Positions 1 through 9,009 are shown, numbered from the stretch's first letter. The stretch is 17,537 nucleotides of DNA from Octopus sinensis (GCF_006345805.1 NW_021824790.1:1-17537), one strand, 5' to 3'. A program made the numbers and translations. The notes: generated by a model from the sequence alone, not told the origin.

Positions 1-141
1 TGCCATATCACGGTTCACCTTACGTGGTTCACCTATCGCGGTTTATTATTTAGCTTAAGTCGATTCCTTCGTGGTGTTGTTTAGTATTTATAATAAAATA
101 ATTATATGAAAATTGTAGAAATAAAGAAAAAGAATATGCAG

Positions 142-147
142 TATATA

Positions 148-214
<67 letters not shown>
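142..214. repeat. (TA)n microsatellite
   Basis: Nearly pure TA run; source of the YIYI ORF 88..288. Confidence 0.97.
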
Positions 215-216
<2 letters not shown>

Positions 217-439
217 TTTAGTAAGATTATTTTCTAAACTCAGCAAATACTCGCAAACATTTCGAGAGTTTGTGAATCCCCTGTGCATGAATTTGTGTTG
301 AGTGGATCAAATGCTGCACAACAGGAAGCCTACTTCTCAATGCAATCAGCTATAAAACCAGTGGCACAAGATAGGTTGAGACGACTAGAAACCAACTGCA
401 TTTCGGGATTTTTATATGAGTTTACCTTCTTCTAGATCT

Positions 440-618
440 AGGGTCCTTTACTCCCATTGGTTCAGATGCTAGTTCACCCATAACAGGTGGGAATACTCCG
501 AGTCAGAATAGACCTAGAAACAATAGCATCTACGAGTTGGCTCCACATTCCTCAAAACCCTAGAACTCCTGTACCAGGGCATCTCTAGTGGATGAAGTTT
601 AAATCATACCCAGGACAC
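440..618 (-). mobile_element. Degenerate interspersed repeat fragment
   Basis: Minus strand GTGTCCTGGGTATGA...GAGGAATGTGGAG...CTGACTCGGAGT resembles an abundant octopus repeat as I recall it. Unverified. Confidence 0.3.
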
Positions 619-644
619 ATACACACACATACACACACACACGT

Positions 645-2083
645 TCATTCATTCATTCTGTTCTCATTATGCCTTGTGGAACTTGAGGCGACAGCAAGAT
701 CATTCCACCTTCTAGCACTAAAAGCCTCCTTGACAGCTTGTTCCATTGTTAACCCTCTGCTTCTAAGATATTGTTCTCCGCCACGTTTCCTTTGGCCAGC
801 CACGTCTTCTTTTACCTTGTGGAATCCATTACAAAGCGATCCTGATAATTGAGTTCGCTTTAAAGCGACAAACTTGACCCTGCCATCTCCATCCCCTTGC
901 TTCAATAGTTTCTCTTATTGGTTAGTCGTGACCATCAAAATTTTTCGTAAACATTTCTTTTGAAACACCTCTAATTTCTTTTCAATACTCTTGGTTGTTT
1001 TCTAATATTCGTTCCCATAGAAGAGAATGCCACGTATGTTGCTTTTGTAAAATCGTATTTTGGTGCTCTTGCAGAGTATTGGTGATTTCCATATTGAGTT
1101 TAACATATCGAAACATCGGTTGGCTTTACTGATTCTTGTATTTATTTCATGAATATAGTCTCCATCTATTATTATTTTGGGGCCTAGATATTTAAATTCA
1201 ACATTTGCGATTGGTTTATCGTTCAGAGTCACATGGTCAGCATCTGTTATATTTTTACAAAGAGTGTACATTTTCTTCTTGTTGATTTTGAGAGCTGTGG
1301 TGTTGGCTATTTGATTAAGTCTTTCGGATTCGTCTTGTTACTCTTGAGACGTGTATGAGAACAAACAAATCTCGTCTGTATAATCTAAATTTTATAGTTG
1401 AGTTGTTTTTCATTCTATACCTCTTTTATATTCTCCTGTCGTTCTTTGCATCAACCAATTCACTTCCAGTGAAAATAAGGTTGGAGATAATACACATCTT
1501 TGCTTGACTACGGTTTTGATTTCGAAAGGATCTGTCAGTTTGTTGTGTATAATTTGACATTCAAAGATTTCATACAATAAACAAATCATCTTGACTAATT
1601 TGTGTGGGAAACCATAGTATCTGAAAATCTTCCTAAGTTTAACTCGGTAAAGGCTATTGAGGGCTTTTTCAAAGTCAACAAACAGCATTCACAAAGGTGA
1701 ATCCCATTCATGGGATTGTTCGAGTATTTTTGCGAATTACAAAAGTATTGTCGATACATGATTTTCCTTTCCTGAATCCAGCTTGCTCTTGGTGAAGTAA
1801 TTGGTCTACTGTTGCTGTGATGCGCTGCAATATGATATGGGTGAATATTTTACTGGTGATCGATAATAGAGTGATTCTTCTCCAATTATTAGTTTGATGT
1901 ATTTTCACAATGAATCCTTTATCGAGCTGTTTGTTTTTTTTCTCATTGACCCAGATATTTTGTAAAAAAATTTTGGAAAATAATGGATAACCTTTCCACC
2001 TCCGCTTTAAGCATTTCAGCACAAAATCAATCTAATCCTGATGATTTGTCATTTGTTAATTTACGGATAGCTTTTATGACTTC
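645..2083 (-). mobile_element. RTE/RTE-X LINE, RT domain and 3' end (degenerate)
   Basis: Minus-strand motifs EVIKAIRKLTNDKSSGLD, WRRITLLSITSKIF, EQAGFRKGKSCID, LFVDFEKA, VKQRCVLSPTLF, DYTDEICL (decayed YADD), FKYLG, LFYGNE. C-terminus LRSRGLTMEQAVKEA..RRWNDLAVASS followed by a short (GAAT)n tail. Many stops and frameshifts. Confidence 0.93.
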
Positions 2084-2599
2084 TTATTAATAGTTATCGC
2101 CAAGCTAACATGGCAGTCCAGGAAAACAGGACAAATGCTGCCGTTGATTAGCTCCAAGAGGACATCGCCTCTAGCTACCTATGTGACACACGAACCTGTG
2201 TCCATTATAACCTTCGAGCAGGAGAGGTCAGCCGCTTCCCATTGCTAGTTTCATACTAGTTTCAGGGAATTTGCCCCTCATCAATGTAGAGTAGTAGAAC
2301 CCAGCAGGCGTCGCTACTAACCGTCTGTTCGAAAGATTATTTACCTAAATGCAGTGGAATACAATCTGTAGATGCCAGACCAGCAAGGGGAAGCGGCTGA
2401 GCTCCCCTGTTCAAAGGTTCTAATGAACACAGGTTCGTGTGTCACATAGCTAGCTAGAGGCGATGGCCTCTTGGAGCTAATCAACGGCAGCATTTGTCCT
2501 ATTTTTCTGGACTGCCATATTAGCTAGGCGATAACTATTGATATCCAGTACCGCTGCCGTAATCTCCTTTAGAGAGACTTAGAAATATCAATATTTCTA
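2084..2599. mobile_element. Non-autonomous inverted-repeat element with 12-bp TSD, inserted in the LINE
   Basis: Arms 2087-2249 and 2379-2541 (163 bp, 15 mismatches by manual alignment), 129-bp spacer, 58-bp extension 2542-2599. TTTTATGACTTC is duplicated at 2072-2083 and 2600-2611. Confidence 0.88.
2249..2290 (-). ncRNA. Minimal type I hammerhead-like motif (degenerate, C3>U)
   Basis: Minus strand: tctaCA-UUGAUGA-GGGG-caaauu-CCCU-GAAAC-UA-GUA-UGaaa. Stem II 4 bp, palindromic stem III ACUAGU, GUA cleavage triplet, stem I only 2 bp. Confidence 0.6.
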
Positions 2600-3815
2600 T
2601 TTTATGACTTCGTTTACCGTGGTTACTCCAGTGTTGATTTCCAAGTCCCTATCCGCCTCTTTTATTTTGGTGGAGAATATGGGCTCTGGGCGATTAAGGA
2701 TAGTTTGGAAGTGATTCTTCCATCGTTCTCGTTTGGCTTTTCCATCAGTTATTTTGATTCAATCTGCACCTTGTACAGGTAGATCGTAGTATCTTCCTTG
2801 ATCTCCACTACACAATCTTTTCATTATTGATCTTAAATCTTTACGCTTGGCAGCTAAATCAACCTCTTCGGCTTCTTCATCCAATTGCTTTGTGTATCTA
2901 CATTTGTCATTCCGTGCACATTTCTTGACTGCCTTATCTTCATTCATATATTGCATCATAAACTTTTCTATTTTGTTTTGGTAGATATAGAAGTGAAAAG
3001 TTTCTTCTTTATTTCTTTCTTTTTATCTATGCTTTTCCATGTGTCTTTTGATATCCATTCAGATTTGGGATTTTTTAAAATATCCAATAGTTTCTTTAGC
3101 TGTGTCTGTAAGGATATGGTTGAAATTGTCAATTGTTACATTCTCACTGCTTTGTAATGTTCTGAAACTATTCTGGAGGGTCATCTAAAACTTCTCTTGA
3201 TTGTATAATCATTCAATTTGGACGCTGATTCCTAGTGGTCACTCTGCATGATTTGTTTATTTTGCGTTTGAGTTTTGCTATGAGTAAGTGGTGATCGCTG
3301 CCGACGTCTGCATGTCGTTTAACTCGTACTTCATGTAGGGGTCGTCGCCATTTCCTCTTGATTATGATGTGGTCGATTTGGCTTTTTTGTTTTCCCGTCA
3401 GGTGATGTCCAAGTTAATTTATGTATATTCTTGTGCTCAAAGGGTGTACCACTTATATGACCAGGTTACTCTCTTCACAAATGTCCATCAGACGTTCGCC
3501 ATCGTTTGTGATCTGATCCGGTCCATGCTGTCCTATGGTTCGTTCTTTGTTTTCATTCTTGCTTCCAACTCTCCCATTAACAATAGCCCATCATGCTGCG
3601 GTATGTTTTTCAATGTTGAACGTAGAACATTGTGAAACTGATCTTTGTCCTCTTCTTAAGCATCTTCAATGGGGACGTAAGACACTATAATAGATACTTT
3701 TGTATAATGTGATAGATACTATAATAGATAATTTTGTATAATGTGATAGATACTATAATAGATAATTTTGTATAATGTGATAGATACTATAATAGATAAT
3801 TTTGTATACATATTG
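2600..3815 (-). mobile_element. RTE/RTE-X LINE, APE endonuclease and linker (degenerate)
   Basis: Minus-strand motifs YTKVSIIVSYVPIEDA, NGERLMDICEESNLVI, KLTWTSPDG, QIDHIII, DVGSDHHLLIAKL, then LEINTGVTTVNEVIK, which joins the 645-2083 segment in frame. Confidence 0.92.
3685..3808. repeat. 34-bp tandem repeat, about 3.6 copies
   Basis: Unit CTATAATAGATAATTTTGTATAATGTGATAGATA starts at 3685, 3719, 3753 and 3787. Confidence 0.95.
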
Positions 3816-3854
3816 TAGTCCTTCAAAGGACTTCAAAGTTACTTCAAAGATCAA

Positions 3855-3912
3855 TTTTATAACTCCGCCTATGCCGGTCTCAAGCCCGGATGAAAATAGG
3901 AGGCGGGTTGGG
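3855..3912 (+). ncRNA. Twister ribozyme motif (type P1-like) at LINE 5' end
   Basis: UAA-CUCC-GCC-UAU-G-CCGG-UCUCAAGC-CCGG-AUGAAAAUA-GGAG-GCGGG-UUGGG. P2 CUCC/GGAG and P4 CCGG/CCGG pair. Element order matches the twister consensus I recall (UAAC..GCC..GCCGGUCCCAAGCCCGGAUAAAA..GAGGG). Two deviations, at 3880 and 3904. Confidence 0.85.
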
Positions 3913-4199
3913 CATAGGGTTAGCACACCAATCCCGTGGAAAAGTATCACAAGCTACAGAAACTATAACAAGGAATAATGATATATAAATAAAACCCAAA
4001 CCCCTTTATTTGGGACGAAAGAACGATAATTTCATGATAGTTAGAGATCAAAGCCGAAAGGAAGTATTTAACCCGATGCTTGACTTCCTGACCCCACCAA
4101 ACCCTTTGTAGATTTGGATGCTGGAGCATGAGAACACTCTTTCAATCAAGAAAATTAGCACAGGTATTACGTGATATGAACAACTATCACCTGGATATA
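3861..4199 (+). mobile_element. RTE/RTE-X LINE 5' UTR and ORF start (APE N-terminus), inverted relative to the LINE body
   Basis: ATG at 4034 gives MIVRDQSRKEVFNPMLDFLTPPNPL; after a +1 shift, RFGCWSMRTLFQSRKLAQVLRDMNNYHLDI, matching the RTE-type xGxWNVRTL..KLAQV..EM..Y.LDI motif. Confidence 0.88.
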
Positions 4200-4357
4200 T
4201 ATGACGTTTACCATTTGCAACGCGGTACACAGAAACAGCTGTAAACGCACTCTTACCTTGATATTGCTTAATTAATTAGATAATGGCTTTTTAACACAAC
4301 AGACACATTTCTATTTCTTGTTTTTCCCCCATTTTCTTATCGTCTATATATACATCT

Positions 4358-4404
4358 CACGACTGAGGATGAGTCAAGCAGTTCGAAATTGAGTCAGTCT
4401 TGCG
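4358..4404 (+). ncRNA. Type I hammerhead ribozyme candidate
   Basis: caCGA-CUGAGGA-U-GAG-ucaagcag-UUC-GAAA-UUG-agu-CAG-UC-UUGcg. Core CUGANGA/GAAA/GUC is intact; stems are short and contain G-U pairs. Confidence 0.5.
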
Positions 4405-4589
4405 TTCCCGCTATCTGCTAGAATTTAGAAGTTAGAGGATGGTAGAGGTTCGTCTTCCTTGCCAGCAATATATATTGTATATAAATGGTGCAGCGTCGCA
4501 CCGATAACCAGCTGGCGGAAGATCTACCTGCGGTTAAACTAGTAGTAACAAGGAAGAGACACTTTGATGTGACGATTGACTTTACTTGT

Positions 4590-4592
<3 letters not shown>

Positions 4593-4636
<44 letters not shown>
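4593..4636. repeat. (CA)n microsatellite
   Basis: Perfect CA run. Confidence 0.97.
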
Positions 4637-4638
<2 letters not shown>

Positions 4639-4780
4639 CAAATAAGGAAAAGATCGCTATTTAAATACCGATCTTATCAGGTGGCCAGCATGGGAATAAA
4701 AACCTGCAAAGGTAATAATTATTTAAAATGATAATTTAGGGCATCTAAGAGATACCACCACGCTGGAAATATATATATAT

Positions 4781-4894
4781 ACGATGGGCTTCTTTGGTTG
4801 ACCCGGAGGTTTTGGAGAAGATACTTGCCCAAAATGCCGTGCAGTGGAACGGAATCCAAATTTAATACGCTGGGAGGCAATTCCTTAACCATAC
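4781..4894 (-). mobile_element. Degenerate, internally deleted tRNA-derived SINE head
   Basis: Shares ACGATGGGCTTCTTT and ACTTGCCCAA..TGCC..GCAGTGGAAC with the better copy at 9289-9445. Confidence 0.7.
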
Positions 4895-4909
4895 TTCCAC
4901 ATCAGCCCC

Positions 4910-5018
4910 TATGTGTGTGCGTGTGTGTGCGTCACATGCGCATGTGAGTCTATGCATATATGTATGAACACACACACACACACATACATAAAACATACAT
5001 ATATATATATATATTATA

Positions 5019-5061
<43 letters not shown>

Positions 5062-5100
5062 GAGATAGATAGATAGATATAGATATGTATACATACACAT
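4910..5100. repeat. Compound TG/CA/TA/GATA microsatellite
   Basis: Direct inspection. Confidence 0.9.
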
Positions 5101-5434
5101 AGTTAGCTAGCTAGAAAGACTGCAAGATACAGATGTATCTGTGGGTGTACTATATGTGTGCATGTATGTAAACCCAACAATTTCAAAAGGAAATTTATAT
5201 CTTAGCAGAGAAGTAAGCTAGTGTGTATAAAAAAAGCGATGGACAGATATATTCAAATCATTATCATACTATATACACTTTACTAAGTAATAAAATCTAC
5301 CATGTTTCTCCTCGCTATTCACTTGATATCATTCCGATGTTGTAATTTAGTTATTTCATGCATATTTGGCGGTTATCACATTCTTTACACACCTCGATGA
5401 ATTCTCATTATAAATACCTAGAAATGAATATGCT

Positions 5435-5860
5435 TAGACACACACACACACACACTTACACTCATACATATTTGCACCATATAGAAACACAGACACGCAC
5501 ACATACAAAACCACAGACGCACACACACGCACCCATGTATGTATATATATATATATTATATATATATACATATATATAATATATATAATATATAGGGAAC
5601 TACCTACGTCTATAAATATTTGTGCATATCTAAATGCTTATTGCATATGTGTATGTATTTATGTATATATATATATATAGCATATATGCATATGTACACA
5701 CATTTATACGTATATAAATATATATTATATATGTATATATTTATATGCATATGTATATATGCATATATATATATATAAAAATATGTATGTGTATACATAC
5801 ACACACACACACACACACATGTATATATTTATGTGCATATGTGTATGTGTGTGCATGTGT
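5435..5860. repeat. Compound CA/TA microsatellite
   Basis: Direct inspection. Confidence 0.9.
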
Positions 5861-6110
5861 GTTGAGAGATTCAGAGCACGATAAGGCTGAAGAGAAAACA
5901 ACAGCCAAACGAGATTTGTTCACCATCAAAATTACAAAATTATTGCTCAGGGAAGCAGAAAGAGATAATATTGAGGTTAGTGAAGATTGTCTTGCTTATA
6001 TTTATGACAGCCACATATAATATACACAACTAATTGACATCCTCACCAAACTCACTCCTTGGAAATATTCAATTAAAAAAGTTTTTTTTTCTCATTTTCG
6101 TTTTATTTTC

Positions 6111-6152
6111 TGTTTATATTCTGAAGAAGATATAATATCCGAAACGTTATAA
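6111..6152 (+). ncRNA. Degenerate Penelope-type hammerhead-like motif
   Basis: CTGAAGA-A-GATA-taa-TATC-C-GAAAC-GTT. Core and AACGTT palindrome are present; stem I is essentially unpaired. Confidence 0.35.
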
Positions 6153-6339
6153 TTGACACGGTCCAATTTTGAGCGTTTACATTACAATTTTAATTGCAAC
6201 CCATCTTTCTTTTACTTTTATCCTCCTTCACTACTGCCCGCAATGTCACGTGGATCTCCGTCGTTGAGTGTTAGGTTGCTGAATCTCGGAGTTCATTGAA
6301 TCTTGGATTGTACAATTTGCAATTACTAATACACATTCC

Positions 6340-6447
6340 CCCCCACACACACACGCAGACACACTCATACGTACAGGCACAAGCAATTATACACATACAT
6401 ACACATACATACATACATACATACATACATACATACATACATACATA

Positions 6448-6523
<76 letters not shown>
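6340..6523. repeat. Compound CA/(CATA)n/(TA)n microsatellite
   Basis: Direct inspection; abuts the 3' end of the RTE fragment. Confidence 0.92.
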
Positions 6524-6524
<1 letters not shown>

Positions 6525-7020
6525 GGTGGTGGATTCTCTTGTCGTGAACGACAAATGAGAGGTCAGTAAAGTAAAGCGTTGATGATGATGCTCTATGGAC
6601 ATGAATGTGTCTCTTGAGGCGTGCTGGTGCATTGCAAACCTTTTGTCAAATGGAACAAGTTGAGGACTCAGTTTGCTTGAGTGCTTGTGGATCATTTACT
6701 GTGTTTTCTTGAGTGGACTGCAAGGTCTGCTTTGCTTCGTGCTTCAAAACCACAATGACAGGTGGGGTAACGAGCAATGTCTTGTCAGTCTGCCTTCATA
6801 CTTGCACGAAAGTTGGTCCCGGTCTTGGAGTTGATTTTGCTCAAATCTTTGAACTGAGGAGAAACAGAACTGGCGCTAGGCCTTTCATTCTAAAGCTTTG
6901 TATTTCCAGGAAGAAAGGGGAATGTTGCATCGTTTCAGATTGTCTTTTAGTTTGTCTTTGAAGCACAAGAGTGTCCTTCTCACTTAACGTGGTATTTATT
7001 GACAGAGAGCATCCAAGACT
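6524..7020 (-). mobile_element. RTE-clade LINE 3' fragment with two C-terminal zinc-finger motifs
   Basis: Minus strand LCFKDKLKDNLKRCNIPLSSWKYKALE*KA*RQFCFSSVQRFEQ, then CHCGFEARSKADLAVHSRKH and CSI*QKVCNAPARLKRHIHVH. Confidence 0.8.
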
Positions 7021-7099
7021 TAGGAAATTTCAACGACGGATTTATAATCTCGAGTGGTAGATTTTAGGGTTTATCTTACGATTGATTTATGTTTATGCT

Positions 7100-7950
7100 G
7101 ATTTTCTCCAGACGAACTGGAAAATATCTTAGATATCTTTCTTCACACATTCGATGGTATTATTGTAGAATATACCTAAAGACCTGTAGATTCCCATTTT
7201 AGAGCCATTTGTTTAATCCACGAAGGAATTATTGCCAAATTTGTTGTATAGACCGATGGTCGCATGTCATACATAACTTTGGTATATTTCTTTGTAATTA
7301 CATCAATTCGTTTCGGGATCTTATGGTTGGGCTTAGTGATTTGGGAGAATTATTTTGTTTGTGTATTACAAAGGCTAAACATTTCTTTTCTTTTTGTATT
7401 GGGAAGTGACAGTTCCTTTTTCAGTGTTACCCGTGCTAAATAATTCGTTAAGTCGACCTTATCTCCATTTTTTCCCGCGGAGTGTTGTCTTTTTTCTAAA
7501 TGTAACGAATTTTGCTGTTGCCCTGTAGTGTATACTCTAATATATTCGTCTTTGCCCATAATAATAAATGCGCTGCTCTTAGAGCTTCTACAAATTACAA
7601 TTTTCTCGTTATTTTTCAGGTGTTGCAGAACTTGCATAAGATTCTTCTTAAGTACATTCTTATCGCTGTATTTATGTCTCCATTTATTACCTTCACACGT
7701 GAATAAGTCTCACAGATTCTCATCAAGTTTTATAATACTTTTATCACTAACAGTCTCGAGAGATTGATAGAGTAATTCGACTTACACTTTCTTTATGTTT
7801 TAGCCATATTTTCCTTTGACATGGCAGTTCGTGCCGAAATTGAAGAATGTAATTTGATCAGGGTTGAATGTGCACTGCAAGAGATTAAGGAATTTGTTTT
7901 CTTGTGTCGGTAACAATATTTCCTCGTTATAAAAAACAAGAAAATTTATA
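7100..7950 (-). mobile_element. Penelope-like element fragment (N-terminal region to start of RT)
   Basis: KFLNLL..NPDQITFFNF, LQHLKNNEKIVICRSSKSSAFIIMGKDEYI (cf. L..L..N..IVI..ADKG...VIM....Y) and FSQITKPNHKIP (cf. LPKIHKP). Left boundary uncertain. Confidence 0.65.
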
Positions 7951-7988
7951 AAACTGAACACAGCATGCATTACACTTAACCACAAACT

Positions 7989-8335
7989 CATAGAATATAT
8001 TACAACAATACCAGAAAGAAAAGATTTACCACCAACATGAAATCACAATTTACAAGCCTCAGAACGTACTTCAAGACAATCAATATAATGTACAAATTTC
8101 AATCTGAACATGACTAACTATTTATATCGTACACGACATTTCCTCAGCAGTTGACGATCCATTTACAACAAGGAACAACTGCAAAACACACGGTAATAAA
8201 ATTAGAGAGAAAAATAGCAGCTGGCAGTACTACCGTCCTATATAGAATTCTCCAAAAGGAATCAAGAAAAAGAAAAGAAGAGATTATCTATGGAAGCTTT
8301 ATGAAAATGAAAAATCAAAAATCAAAACGGAAATT
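7989..8335 (+). mobile_element. Penelope-like element fragment (linker and GIY-YIG endonuclease)
   Basis: One frame reads IYYNNTRKK...NIMYKFQ...FISYTTFPQQLTIHLQQG...KH...STTVLYRI, matching the PLE pattern IYYK..K / NVIYKF / YIG.TT..LSRRLTMHL / NTTIL. Confidence 0.7.
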
Positions 8336-8679
8336 CAAGGCAAAAAAACAAGTACAATAAACTACGAATTCGTTCAGATTTTAACTACTGAAAAATATCA
8401 AATTTGGCAATGACGATTTTATAAATAATTGTTATATTCATACGATTCTAAGCACAGAAACAACGCTCCGATATTATAATGAGAGTCAGAAAACTAAACT
8501 GAGAAGTTCATGAAGTGATGGTGTACGTTTGTGCAAAATTTGGAATGCTGGTGTTCCAAATTAAACGCAAAGAAGTAGGAGAAAAGATGAATAAGACCGT
8601 TAAGATTAAACTTGATCATAGTCATGTCTTCAATTATGATTTGTCAGACAAACTTGTTCCATATTCATACATGCGCACT

Positions 8680-8851
8680 AATGTATATGTATATATAATA
8701 TATAGTATATTATATATGTATATGTAAATATATGATATATATGTATGTATATATATATATATATATATATGAAATACATATATATATATATACATATATA
8801 TATGTATATGTATATGTATATATATATATGTATATATAATATATATGTATA

Positions 8852-8883
<32 letters not shown>

Positions 8884-8973
8884 GTATATACATATATATA
8901 TATACATATATATAGTATATGTATATGTATATATATATAGTATATGTATATATATATATGTATATAATATATG

Positions 8974-8995
<22 letters not shown>
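8680..8995. repeat. Long imperfect (TA)n microsatellite
   Basis: Direct inspection. Confidence 0.95.

Positions 8996-9009
<14 letters not shown>

Noticed and set aside
1-45. GGTTCACCT repeated at 12-20 and 26-34, reminiscent of pogo/Tigger subterminal repeats
   Set aside because: Cut by the window edge, and no matching opposite end was found.
2085-2543. TA dinucleotides flanking the inverted arms as a Tc1/mariner TSD
   Set aside because: TA is palindromic and may just extend the arms. The outer 12-bp duplication restores the host frame and explains the locus better. Not fully excluded.
3685-3808. 34-bp repeats as a CRISPR array
   Set aside because: No spacers, eukaryotic context, and the unit derives from LINE coding sequence.
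630-4215. TSD around the whole RTE-X (ACGTT near both ends)
   Set aside because: Only 5 bp, not positioned at both boundaries, and the left flank is a microsatellite.
5870-6020. Protein-like stretch SEHDKAEEKTTAKRDLFTIK... and CTGAAGA at about 5888
   Set aside because: No family recognised, no clear splice sites, and no GAAA or stems to complete a hammerhead.
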